IMG/VR virus record: IMGVR_UViG_3300006417_000262
Span: 51,828 to 71,827 of that record
DNA from: an uncultured virus (IMG/VR IMGVR_UViG_3300006417_000262)
Lineage: Duplodnaviria > Heunggongvirae > Uroviricota > Caudoviricetes
Length of the DNA stretch: 20,000 nucleotides
Direction: 5' to 3' (one strand)
The notes under the pieces: model-generated
Databases searched by the model: none
What the model saw: only the letters and a program-made list of their open reading frames with translations
Told to the model about the DNA's origin: nothing
Part shown: positions 1-10,059 of the stretch, in pieces
Layout of the letters: the number at the start of each line of letters is the position of its first letter
Position numbering within the stretch: position 1 is the stretch's first letter
Translations under genes and position numbers: made by a program

Positions 1-3000
1 CTCTCACTAACGAGAGGAGACACCATCACTGCCGTGTCCTACTACTTGGCCGCGCAGAAGTTCTGGTGGACTCGGAACGACTCTTACCTGCAGCGGTTTG
101 GGTGGGACGGCACCACGCAGCGATGGGCTCCGTTCAAGGGGTCTCCCCCCGCGTCGCTCGGGAAGCTCTTGGGCGACCAGAGCTATGTTCTTGTCCCGCA
201 TCCGTCGCGGTTCTCGATCGGTGACTACCTGCCTGGTGATGCACTCACACCGGACTCCTACTCGATGGTTCGGGTAGGGACACGTCCTGACTCCAATGGG
301 AGTTCGGCAGTCGTCCTTGTAGTGGCAGACGCGGACGCCGCCTCAACGTACTCATTCCCGCCTGGCGTGGATGCGGTGGTTGGTGTGGCAAGCGGTGTGC
401 TACAGTGGAACCCCCTCACGATCGATAGCTCGGCGGGGCAGGGCGTGTGGTACGTGCCCGAGACGTTCTCGGAAGAATCAAATGGGGTGGTTGGGCCGCT
501 CCTTGGCGCGACGGACGACCCGCTCTTCATCGCACCTATTCCTGGCCCTACGGACTACCCGCTCATTCGCCTTGGCTCCAGGCGATACCTGTCGGCAGTC
601 ATGGCGGACTCGGATGCGGCATTGGGCGCGCTCACCGTGAATGAGGGCCAGGTGGGTTGGTCACTCGCAACGGGAAAGCTCAAGTTCAACGCGGCTGATG
701 TCCTGAAGGCTGACCCGGATGACGTGGGGTTCGAGCTTCTCTACCTTGGTTGCCAGGTCGTTTATGACGGTGTGTCCCTCACGCGCGCTCCCGTAGGGAC
801 TCGTGCCCCGGTTCAGGTTGTGGACTCCACGGGCACGCCAACCACGGTAGACGGTGGAAAGAACCTCTTCATCCCTAGCTCGACCCCGCTGCCATCACCC
901 GGCACGTCCGGTGTTCTCCTCGTCCCGGATGGTACAGGCATCACGCCGAACACGTCTGCGACGCCTGGCACACGCCCTAATGGATCGGGCCTCGTTCGGG
1001 AGGTGGCAGTCGATGGGGATCTGATTCTGTTCGGGAAAGCTGGAGCGATTGAGACGTTGGAGGTTGTCGAGTTCGAGTCGGAACTCCCGGTGTTCCTGTT
1101 CAAGCTCCGCAATGGGAAGGGCATGGTGGCCCGGGAGCTGTCGTCTACGGGGGCTGGTTCACGGGTGGAGATCGGTCGGAAAGACCGGGCGCTGCTTGAC
1201 GGAGAGCCGCTTTATTTCCTCCAGGCGGTGGTGCAGCCAGCCATTTATGCGACACAAGCTCGACTCGTGTCGCGCGTCCGCGAACCCTTTGTCCTCGACG
1301 GGGCCGAGGTGCTCGCATTCTCCATTGATGGCACGGACTATCTATGGGCGGCCACGGGCCTTGGTGCGGGGAGCTTTGATGCGGTGACCGTCGCTGCTAG
1401 CATCGATGCGGTTATCACGGGCACCGGAACCGCTTCGGCTAGCAACGGCCGCATCTGGATTTCTGCGGCCAACCTTAGCACTGGCACAGTTGAGATTGGC
1501 TTAGGCTCCATTGTGTCTGGGGCGTTTGCAGACCGCAACCTCTCTGGGTGCGCCGCGCTCGGGTTCCTGCCTGGCTGGCGGGTGAGCAATCCGGGATCGA
1601 CGGACAACTGGCTGCCCGATGCGGGGCTCGCGCTTGGCGTCTCGCGCAGCCCTCTGAACCTCAACCGAACACAGGACGATGCTGATTTCAAGGCTCGCGG
1701 GCGGTTCCGGGACACCGTTCTCTCGCGGAGCGTCACGCCCGTCCACATCTTCCCCCTCAACAACCCACCGCTCATAGACGTGGCCGGGTACGACGAGGGC
1801 ATCTTCTTCCAGACCATCGACGGCTTGTTCCGCCGGTCCTTGGAGCCGTTTGTGGATGTCCTCTATGAGTTTGAGGACGGTCGATTCTCGTGGTTGGAGG
1901 TGGGGTCGGTCATGAAGGGCGTGGCCGAAGCTACGGCGAGCCTCGCCCTGGACTCTACGGGCGTGGTCGGAGAGACCCTCCACCCGAATGTTGGGGCGGG
2001 CTACGGCCTGTATGTGGATCCTGGCTCTGGCGTGCTCTCTCCCCTCACCATCGGTGAGGACTACCTGTTGGACGAGGCTCCAGGGGTGGTCACGCTCATC
2101 GAACGAGTGGGGGATCAAGTAGCCTCTGGGTCTCTCGGGTCGTTCAGTGCAGGCTCTACGACGTTCACCGATGCGAATGCGACGTTCGTGACGGACGGTG
2201 TTGCCGCAGGCTATCGGCTAAAGCTCATTGGCGGCGACCCCTCGGTGCAAGGGTCGTACATCATCGCCTCCGTGACCAACGAGACGACGGTTGAGATTGT
2301 GACCGATGTGCTGTTTGCGGCGGCGGGCTCCGTGGTGTCGTGGGAGGTTTATGAGGGGCAGCCTTCATCGGGATACGATCCAGGCCTCCTTGCCGACGTG
2401 GTCTACAAGCAGTTCAATCACCTGCCGACTGAGACGTTCATCATCCGTGTCCTGTCACTCCTTGGGCCGACACCCGTGGATGCCGCAGCGCAGGCAGTGG
2501 GGAGGCTCAACGCGGTCGTGACGGATGCCTTGCTCGCGGGCCGCCCGATCTCGGTTCGTTTCGGGCAGGAGAGCGGCAACGACGAGGCATCCGTTGTCCC
2601 TTTGACTCGTACAAAGCTCGGGGTGATGGCCAATGGCACCTTGTCGGTGCCTGATGTGGCGGACCCCCATTTCACCACGGGCACACCTACGTTCTCTGTT
2701 CTTGTAGGGGCAGTGCCATACACCATCGGCTCCAACTTGGTCGGCGTGTCCGCGTTCACGGAGCCACTCCTCGGGGATCAGATCGAGTTTGGTGTCCCGG
2801 GGTCTGGTATCGAGGGGCAAATCAAGTTCGGAGAGGACACGTTAGCCGAACTGGAAGAGTCCTTCGTCTACTACGTGCAGACCTTCACGGATCCTGCAGA
2901 CCTTGCGGGCGGGGCAGCCGAGGTCGACCCAACAAGTGGGGATCTCAATCTCTCAGCAACGGATATGGCCAACCACGGTGGGGAGACCGCGTACTTCGTT

Positions 3001-6000
3001 GAGCAGATGATCACGGAAGATCGTCAGGACGTGGCCATCTCCCCCATTCAGGGAGCTTTGGCGTTCCGCCGCCCTCTCCGGGAGTTCCAGCTCGTTGAGG
3101 CGAGCTACTACCAGGCCGACGTGTCTGGAAACAAGGTGGTGGACAGTGATGGCAACGCGGTGCTCATCACGGAGTTCCTCCCGTTGTTCGTGAGGCTGGA
3201 GGCGGCTACCGAGAACACGACGCTGGAATACTCGTTCAACCCGACTGGACGCACGGTGCGTGGAGACATTCCCTCGCAGGTGTGGGTGGCAGACCGGCTC
3301 CAGAACTACGGCAATGTGACCACCGTGACGGTGGATGCAGAGGCGAGCGTGATCAGGTTCGCGACGCCGCTCACCTCGTCGTCATCGGTTCAAATCAACT
3401 ATGCGGTCAACGAGACATTTGGCGGGGAGCAGGGGTTCACCGTTTCGACGACGCCCGTGTGGCGTCCCCCGTTCTTCTTGCTTGAGGGCGCCAACACGTT
3501 CGAGCTGGAGTCTGACCGCACTGTCGATTTCCGGTCTGGCAACCTTCTACGTATTGGGCCGTCTCCCTTCTACGTGGTGGGGTCGGTGTACGACAACACC
3601 TCGGATATCACGACGGTGGTCATCTTCCCGACTCCCGATACGGAAGTCGGGTCGAGGGCTCCGGGCAACGACGCGCTCACCTTGATCTCGTCGAGGCCGG
3701 TGGCTGCAGAAGTGAACGGCAACCCGGCGAGCGGGGCTGCCGGATTCTTGCTCACCTTGGCGGCCACCTACGAGCCCGTGGATGCGGGCATGCTCTCCAT
3801 TGTGTTCCGTGGGGATGTGACTCAGTTTACGGTTGCGGGCCATCTCATTGAGATCGGCGGTGTCCCGTTCCTTAGCGCAGGCACGACGTTGTCGGCTGAT
3901 GGCCTCACGACGACGGTGAACGTGACGACCCCGTTCAGTCGTGGATTTGACTCGACTGTGGATGCAGTGAAGGTGTCCGCCCGTCCCATCTACCCCCCGG
4001 AGCCGCGCCAGTTCGTAGGGCTCGGCCCGGTTGTTTCGACCGAGCCAACCGAGCTTGTGCTGTTCGGGGAGATTGGCAGTGCAGGGACAGCGTTGCCCGG
4101 GCGCACCCTCGTCGCAGGGCGGGATTACACGCTTGATGAAGCAACGGGTGACATCACCCTCATTGCCCCCGTGCAGGCCCCGCTCGGACTTGACGAGAAG
4201 TTGTTCTTCTCCTACACGCGGCGCCAGGCGCTATCCCCCATCCTCGAGGACGGGATGATCGTGCTCCCGCGGTATCGGGCTGGGTTCGCACACGTCTCCA
4301 CTCCCACTGTCGAGAACGGATTTCTCGATGCCTATCTCACGGGCACGTACACCTTCTCGAGTCCTGATAGCTTCTACGTGCGCACGGTGTCGATGCCCGA
4401 ATGGATGGGGGAGGTTGCCCGAGTCGCAGCGGATCGTGTGGCGTCACGCACACCTCACGGCGGGCCCGTCGTCGTGTCCGGCCCTGCGTCAAACAACTGG
4501 CAGTTCGGCACCGTGCCCGTGGAGTCCCAAGAGCGAGAGCTTCAAGACCAGGACCGTGCAGCCCGGGTGTTCCTGAGCCTCTACGACTCGTTCATCCAAG
4601 CCTTTGAGCAGGTCAACGAGACGATCCTGGGCGATGTGGTGGGTGACCACGACGGCAAGTTCCGATTCTTCGTCGGCCGCAACAAGGTGTACGGAGGCCC
4701 CGGCTACGAGGACCAGATCACGGGAGTGCTACAATCCCGTTTCGTCTGGTCACAGGTATTTGAGGCGGCCAACCAGAGCTTCGGGGTGACGGAGGCCGAC
4801 CCTATCGTAGACCCCGAGACGGCCACGCAAGACCCCACTACGCTCGTGGTGTCCGGGGACGCGATGAACCCGTGGCTTCTGGACTACTACATTCGGGAGC
4901 AGCGAGCCCTCGTCCTCAACGACATGGACGACACCATCCTTGCGGGCAGGGGTAGGGCTCGGCTGTCGTTCCCCTTCTCGTTCCGAGTGGGCGGCGAGTT
5001 CAAGCAAATGTGGGCTCCGAGTGTGATCTCGCGGCTGTATCCAGAGTTCACGCTTGCGTTCACTACGACGTACCCCGGCCTCTTGGCAGGCACGTTGCCT
5101 GCCAACCCCGGCGTGTACTCCTTCTTGAAGCAGATCGAGCGCCCTCGCCTTCTCAAGGGCGAAGGCCCCGTGTTCGGGTCGACCTTCGGGATGGATATCG
5201 GTGACGTGTCGAACCCGGCCCTGGGCCTGATCACGAACATCACCGGCCAGGTGAAGCCACGGGCGCGACTGGCAAGGGCGCGCATCTGGGCCTACTCGGC
5301 CACTGGATTCCCCGACCTCGGCGGCCCGAGCAAGCCTTCTGTCATCGCCACTCCGCTTCTGCTTCGTGACTTCCCTGTAGACCCGGAGACGGGGCTGCCC
5401 GACATCACCAGGTTTGCGGAGCAGGGCGGGGATCTCCAAGACCTCTCGACGGGCGACTACGAGCTGTCCACGCCAGCATGGGAGGCATACAGCGACGCGG
5501 ACGACATCCGCCCGCAGGTGGCCTTCGGACGTCCGAGCGGGGAGACGTACTCCGTTGGGTTTGCCGGTGGCACGCTTCTAGATGCATTCGGCGGGGCGTT
5601 CACGTTCGCAAACCCGGTGTTCAAGGGCATCTTCGTGCATGCCCGGTACGCCGGGTGCATCCTCACGTTCACGGACGGCACGGGTGAAATCTCGGACGCG
5701 CAGGACATTGTGCGGATCGCCGAGGACGGGGTGACCACTCTTCCCTTCGAGCCAGCCTACGGGGACACCATCTACGTCATCCCGCCAGGCAGCGAGGATG
5801 CCAGCGGATTCGCCAACCCGCTCATGGTGGAGGACATGGCGAAGTTCGCAGCGCAGATGCCGTCTCTTGACGTAGGCGTGCGCGAGCGTCGTTCCTCCTT
5901 TGTCGACTGGAGCCTCCCGTCGTACAAGGACCCATCCCCGTTCCCGATCAAGGAGATGGTCGGCCAGCGGACGGCGGCCCCGCTTCAGCCTATCGAGGCG

Positions 6001-9000
6001 GACGTGGAGTTCGTGAGCACCCGTCGGGACCCCCTGGAGTTCCAGGCGCTGATGGGGTTGCCCACCAATGACCACGGGGACTACGGCATCCCCTACTTGA
6101 CCACCACGAATACAGAGATCGAGCGTTTGGGTGCGGTGGCTCCTGCGTTCACGACCATCGTGCAGACGGATGGCCCGTTTGTCTCGCACCTGTGGCTCGC
6201 GGTGTACCCCGACGAGATCGTGGGCAGCGACGGCTCTATCCTTGCCGCTGCCGCGGGGGTCACGCCTCCGGCCACACTCCTCACGGCCAGGGATCTGACC
6301 CCGGTGGCTACGGCGGGGGTCTACACGCCTCACTCGGGTGTTGGCGACGTGCGGCCGTATGACCTCCTCCTCATCGAGAAGGGCCAGGCTGACGTGGTGG
6401 ATGGCATTGAGGGTGTGCTTTCGGTCGGGGCGGCCACTGCGGACACCATTGAGCCGCCGCGCTTTGTGACCGCAACGGCCCCAGCGACCCGCATCCGCTA
6501 CCTGTTCACCAACGTGATGACCCACTTCTCCACCACGGGGCTTTCCGGGGTTGATATCCAAGAGAACGGAGGTGTGACGACCACGCTTGATATCTCCACA
6601 GTTGGCGGACTGTTCCTCAACGATGGCTCGGGTGCGGCCACGGGGGGCCTCAACGGCATCGTGAACAATGCCCTGTTTGCATACGGGGCCAACAACAACC
6701 GCATCACCATCGAGATCCTCGACCAGACTTCGGGCCTTGTGCTTGAGACCGTCATCATCGAAGGTGGGAACGTGACGGGTGGCTTGGGCACTGTGGCAAT
6801 GGGAGCCATGCCTACGTTCACGGACAAGGTGGTGACCATCACGGCCGTGGGGTTCGTGGACTTCGCTGCGTTGGGCGGGGTCGCCCCAGGTCCAGTGGGG
6901 CCGTTCGATTTCCTGGTGACCGTGGACACGCTCGTCACGATGGTGACCCCGAACACGGGATCCGCGACGGCCTACGTGGACACGGATCGGTTGACCTTCG
7001 TGGAGGAGATGGATCTCCGCACGGTGCTGCCGCGAGGCGCTGTGTCGGCTGGCGCTGTGTCCGCGCAAGGCGAACTGTCCGTGTTCGTCGTCACGGCGTC
7101 CGGTACGGACACATGCATCGTGAACCATCCAAACGAGGTGAACGGTGGTGCTCCGTTCACCTTCCTGGCAAGGGACTCGGGTTCCCCTGATTCCATCGGT
7201 TCGTTCGACCCGTCACCTGGCACGGAGCTGGGTTCTGTCAAAGTCATGGGCTTCGAGGGTCACGGCAACACGCCCCTGCCGAGCACGGGGTCGTTTGTGT
7301 TCTCGGCCATCCCGTCATCAGACCAGGGTGCCCTTGCCACGATCCTCTCGGGGACGGGTGCGGTGTACGACACAGGCGTGGGTGGCATCAACCCCAACTC
7401 CATCCTTGGGGTCACAGCGGCCTTGGGGTCGCTGGCCAACGTGGAGAGCGGGGACGTGGTTGTGGTGGACTCCTCGTCCGTTGGGGATGCGTCCACCAAG
7501 GCCGGGTCGTACCTCGTGCGGCACGCGATCCCTGACTCCACTGCGCTCGGCTACGACGAGGTGTTCGCTACTGCGTTTGGTGGTGCCTCGACGGGCTGGC
7601 TGCAAAGCAACTTCCCAACGGTGGTGTCCGGTGCGGTGGGGTCGCTAATCATCTCCTCCGTGCAGTCTGTCCCCGCGTCCCCCACGACCCATGACTGGGC
7701 CGCTACTGGTCGGGTCTATCTGTTCGTGTCAGCGGGTGACATCACGCAAACCGTGTCGCGCGAGTACACGGCGATCGTGGTGAATCCAGATGGGACGGCC
7801 ACGCTCACTCTGGACATCACGAACACGACGGGGCTCACCGCTACGGGAGTATTCCTCACGGATGCTGCTTTTGACGCGCTTGTGGCGTCGGGGCTGCTTG
7901 TTTCGGGAATGGTCTACCTCCCTATTGGTCAGTTCCGCTCCACGTACCCGGACAACAACGTGGTTGGATACAACCACGGCGTGACGGTGGGGGGGTTCGT
8001 CAACGTGACGTATGCCAATGGCGCTGGATCTGTCACGTTCGCCGCGGGTGTGGACTTGGTGCCCACGGCCCCTGCGGCGGATGACCTCGGGGTGGTTGTG
8101 TCGGACAACACCAACACCAACACGTCCGTGGGGTTCTTGGCCGACCGAGCGACGTCCGTGTATCTGGACGTGCCCCTCTACGTGGACCTTGGCGGCCTCG
8201 TAGACCCGACTTCGACCGTGTACGGGACTATCCACCCAACCGCGACCGCGGTGCGGTGTGTGGCCCCTGGGGACCTGTTCCAGACCCATGACGGGTTGTC
8301 CACGGCGACGACAGGATTCGAGGCACAGGCGGGCGTGTTTCTTGAGCCCTCGTTCCCACGACCAACCCAAGACCTTGGCAACGGCGAGGTCAAGGTGGTG
8401 GATGCGGGGGACACCGCTGCCGCCACGGACAGGATCGGGATGCGGGATGCGGCCACATTCCTCATTGCGTCTCCCGAGCAGGTGTCCTTCCAGGTGCGGC
8501 GTATCCGTCGCTTCCATGTCGCGCTTGATGCAGTGGGGGCAGACATGGCCCCACTGCGATTCGCCTACGAGATTCGCACGGGCACGGTGGCAAGCTATGC
8601 GGGCAGTCTGTTGACGGCTACGGGCACGGGAACGCAGCTTGGTGGGTTCAACAACGCCGACGTGAACGTGAACGCCGGCGACGTGGTGCGCATTCTTGAT
8701 GGGAGTGGGGCCGTGGTGGACCAGGCCGAAGTGGCCGTGGTCCTGAACGCCACGACGCTCATCATGCGATCGCCTGGATTTGCAGTGGCGCCTCCGGTGG
8801 GTGGCGAGACCTTCCAGGTGTTCTTGCGCCAGGCACCCGTCCCTCACGTGCAGTCGAACGAGCAACTACTGGAACTCATTACAGATCGGATCGTCCTCAC
8901 ACGGACGGCTGACCCTGTGGCAAACACGGGTGGACGAGCTTCCGTCGTCAACGAGTTCCGAGACAACGGTGTGGTTGACTTCTCGGCGCTTGATCCGGCC

Positions 9001-10056
9001 CCGCAGGTCGGGGACATTGTGCTTGTGGATCCCGCGGGCAGCCTGTCTGGACCTACGGGATCGCCATCACCTGCCGAGTACGGGGCTCGACCCGTGGGGG
9101 ATCAGTCGGTGTCCACTCGACTGGATGGGTCACACATCGCGGGGGCGCCAAGCGAGTTGGACGACAACCGGGGCTGGTATCGCATTGTAGATGATCCTGC
9201 GGTCACGCAGTCCTACCTCGCCGTGTCCGGGGAGACCGAGTTCACCGGCCCTGATGGGTCTCCTGTCATTTTCGGGGCTTCGGCGCCTATGAACCAGCAA
9301 TTCGTAGTGGTGCCAGACATCACGGGGTCTGGACTTACGGGCACGACCGAAGGCCAGATGGACTTCCGGCCCACCCATGTGGCCGATGGGGGCAACTCGT
9401 ACAAAGGCACGTTCCTTAGCGTGGAGCCCATTAGCTACCGGATCATCCGGCCGACAAACCTCGTAAGCACGGAGACGGTTGACCTGGTGCTCTTCATTCG
9501 GGAGCGGATGTTGTCGTTCGTGGAGAAGATGGCCACGGCAATGAGCGAGTCCAAGCAGGGGGACTACTATGTGTTCCAGCGCGACCAGCATGTGGCCGAC
9601 CTCGGCTCGGCCACAGATGGGGACGCAGGACTTGGGGTGCCAAGTAATGTCTACATCACCAGCATGGCTGGGCTCACGCAGTACGCCCCATTCGCCAACA
9701 CGTCGGATTGCCTGTCCGTGTTGGACCGTAGGTTCTGGTGCTTGGATCTGCGTCTTGACCGGGAGTACCCTCCGTACTCGGTGGGTGGGGATCCGTACAC
9801 CTCGTTCGAGGGAGATTACAGCGCGAGCGGCTACACGGTCGGGTCGGGGCGCCCCGTTGAACCCGATCTCGTCTCGGATGTCTTGGATCGCAGCGACCGA
9901 CTCCGCGCTCTGCGGTACTCGTGGATCAAGTTCCGCGCGAACCAGGAGAACGGCACGTTGCCTGCCATCGACCGATTCATCCTTGAGCTTCCTCGGCTTC
10001 TCCAAGAGCAGGCTGATTTCTTGCGGCTCCAGCAGTCCATCCAAGATTCGGAGTGA
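1..10056 (+). CDS. Giant (>3350 aa) multi-domain putative virion structural protein (baseplate/tail-associated), probably 5'-truncated by the window edge
   Basis: The frame is open from base 1 (LSLTRGDTITAV, then SYYLAAQKFWW), so the GTG at 34 need not be the true start. The protein is G/V/T/D/S-rich and acidic, with recurring beta-type motifs (G-x-DY-x-LDEA-x-G-x-[VI]TLI; GD-V-V-x-[VI]D) and two helical blocks. It sits upstream of baseplate wedge genes. Function is inferred from context only. Confidence 0.7.
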   Translation, partial: LSLTRGDTITAVSYYLAAQKFWWTRNDSYLQRFGWDGTTQRWAPFKGSPPASLGKLLGDQSYVLVPHPSRFSIGDYLPGDALTPDSYSMVRVGTRPDSNGSSAVVLVVADADAASTYSFPPGVDAVVGVASGVLQWNPLTIDSSAGQGVWYVPETFSEESNGVVGPLLGATDDPLFIAPIPGPTDYPLIRLGSRRYLSAVMADSDAALGALTVNEGQVGWSLATGKLKFNAADVLKADPDDVGFELLYLGCQVVYDGVSLTRAPVGTRAPVQVVDSTGTPTTVDGGKNLFIPSSTPLPSPGTSGVLLVPDGTGITPNTSATPGTRPNGSGLVREVAVDGDLILFGKAGAIETLEVVEFESELPVFLFKLRNGKGMVARELSSTGAGSRVEIGRKDRALLDGEPLYFLQAVVQPAIYATQARLVSRVREPFVLDGAEVLAFSIDGTDYLWAATGLGAGSFDAVTVAASIDAVITGTGTASASNGRIWISAANLSTGTVEIGLGSIVSGAFADRNLSGCAALGFLPGWRVSNPGSTDNWLPDAGLALGVSRSPLNLNRTQDDADFKARGRFRDTVLSRSVTPVHIFPLNNPPLIDVAGYDEGIFFQTIDGLFRRSLEPFVDVLYEFEDGRFSWLEVGSVMKGVAEATASLALDSTGVVGETLHPNVGAGYGLYVDPGSGVLSPLTIGEDYLLDEAPGVVTLIERVGDQVASGSLGSFSAGSTTFTDANATFVTDGVAAGYRLKLIGGDPSVQGSYIIASVTNETTVEIVTDVLFAAAGSVVSWEVYEGQPSSGYDPGLLADVVYKQFNHLPTETFIIRVLSLLGPTPVDAAAQAVGRLNAVVTDALLAGRPISVRFGQESGNDEASVVPLTRTKLGVMANGTLSVPDVADPHFTTGTPTFSVLVGAVPYTIGSNLVGVSAFTEPLLGDQIEFGVPGSGIEGQIKFGEDTLAELEESFVYYVQTFTDPADLAGGAAEVDPTSGDLNLSATDMANHGGETAYFVEQMITEDRQDVAISPIQGALAFRRPLREFQLVEASYYQADVSGNKVVDSDGNAVLITEFLPLFVRLEAATENTTLEYSFNPTGRTVRGDIPSQVWVADRLQNYGNVTTVTVDAEASVIRFATPLTSSSSVQINYAVNETFGGEQGFTVSTTPVWRPPFFLLEGANTFELESDRTVDFRSGNLLRIGPSPFYVVGSVYDNTSDITTVVIFPTPDTEVGSRAPGNDALTLISSRPVAAEVNGNPASGAAGFLLTLAATYEPVDAGMLSIVFRGDVTQFTVAGHLIEIGGVPFLSAGTTLSADGLTTTVNVTTPFSRGFDSTVDAVKVSARPIYPPEPRQFVGLGPVVSTEPTELVLFGEIGSAGTALPGRTLVAGRDYTLDEATGDITLIAPVQAPLGLDEKLFFSYTRRQALSPILEDGMIVLPRYRAGFAHVSTPTVENGFLDAYLTGTYTFSSPDSFYVRTVSMPEWMGEVARVAADRVASRTPHGGPVVVSGPASNNWQFGTVPVESQERELQDQDRAARVFLSLYDSFIQAFEQVNETILGDVVGDHDGKFRFFVGRNKVYGGPGYEDQITGVLQSRFVWSQVFEAANQSFGVTEADPIVDPETATQDPTTLVVSGDAMNPWLLDYYIREQRALVLNDMDDTILAGRGRARLSFPFSFRVGGEFKQMWAPSVISRLYPEFTLAFTTTYPGLLAGTLPANPGVYSFLKQIERPRLLKGEGPVFGSTFGMDIGDVSNPALGLITNITGQVKPRARLARARIWAYSATGFPDLGGPSKPSVIATPLLLRDFPVDPETGLPDITRFAEQGGDLQDLSTGDYELSTPAWEAYSDADDIRPQVAFGRPSGETYSVGFAGGTLLDAFGGAFTFANPVFKGIFVHARYAGCILTFTDGTGEISDAQDIVRIAEDGVTTLPFEPAYGDTIYVIPPGSEDASGFANPLMVEDMAKFAAQMPSLDVGVRERRSSFVDWSLPSYKDPSPFPIKEMVGQRTAAPLQPIEADVEFVSTRRDPLEFQALMGLPTNDHGDYGIPYLTTTNTEIERLGAVAPAFTTIVQTDGPFVSHLWLAVYPDEIVGSDGSILAAAAGVTPPATLLTARDLTPVATAGVYTPHSGVGDVRPYDLLLIEKGQADVVDGIEGVLSVGAATADTIEPPRFVTATAPATRIRYLFTNVMTHFSTTGLSGVDIQENGGVTTTLDISTVGGLFLNDGSGAATGGLNGIVNNALFAYGANNNRITIEILDQTSGLVLETVIIEGGNVTGGLGTVAMGAMPTFTDKVVTITAVGFVDFAALGGVAPGPVGPFDFLVTVDTLVTMVTPNTGSATAYVDTDRLTFVEEMDLRTVLPRGAVSAGAVSAQGELSVFVVTASGTDTCIVNHPNEVNGGAPFTFLARDSGSPDSIGSFDPSPGTELGSVKVMGFEGHGNTPLPSTGSFVFSAIPSSDQGALATILSGTGAVYDTGVGGINPNSILGVTAALGSLANVESGDVVVVDSSSVGDASTKAGSYLVRHAIPDSTALGYDEVFATAFGGASTGWLQSNFPTVVSGAVGSLIISSVQSVPASPTTHDWAATGRVYLFVSAGDITQTVSREYTAIVVNPDGTATLTLDITNTTGLTATGVFLTDAAFDALVASGLLVSGMVYLPIGQFRSTYPDNNVVGYNHGVTVGGFVNVTYANGAGSVTFAAGVDLVPTAPAADDLGVVVSDNTNTNTSVGFLADRATSVYLDVPLYVDLGGLVDPTSTVYGTIHPTATAVRCVAPGDLFQTHDGLSTATTGFEAQAGVFLEPSFPRPTQDLGNGEVKVVDAGDTAAATDRIGMRDAATFLIASPEQVSFQVRRIRRFHVALDAVGADMAPLRFAYEIRTGTVASYAGSLLTATGTGTQLGGFNNADVNVNAGDVVRILDGSGAVVDQAEVAVVLNATTLIMRSPGFAVAPPVGGETFQVFLRQAPVPHVQSNEQLLELITDRIVLTRTADPVANTGGRASVVNEFRDNGVVDFSALDPAPQVGDIVLVDPAGSLSGPTGSPSPAEYGARPVGDQSVSTRLDGSHIAGAPSELDDNRGWYRIVDDPAVTQSYLAVSGETEFTGPDGSPVIFGASAPMNQQFVVVPDITGSGLTGTTEGQMDFRPTHVADGGNSYKGTFLSVEPISYRIIRPTNLVSTETVDLVLFIRERMLSFVEKMATAMSESKQGDYYVFQRDQHVADLGSATDGDAGLGVPSNVYITSMAGLTQYAPFANTSDCLSVLDRRFWCLDLRLDREYPPYSVGGDPYTSFEGDYSASGYTVGSGRPVEPDLVSDVLDRSDRLRALRYSWIKFRANQENGTLPAIDRFILELPRLLQEQADFLRLQQSIQDSE

Positions 10057-10059
10057 GCC

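Noticed and set aside
34..36. GTG at 34 as the true start of the giant gene
   Set aside because: The frame is open to base 1 and AGGAG (15-19) is 14 nt away, so the gene probably begins upstream. Not fully excluded.
5578..7128. Long antisense ORFs (516 aa here; also 7729-8865, 9130-10128, 4750-5439, 16426-17163)
   Set aside because: They lie opposite the long + strand genes and have Arg/His-rich, non-protein-like composition, as expected for shadow ORFs in high-GC coding DNA.
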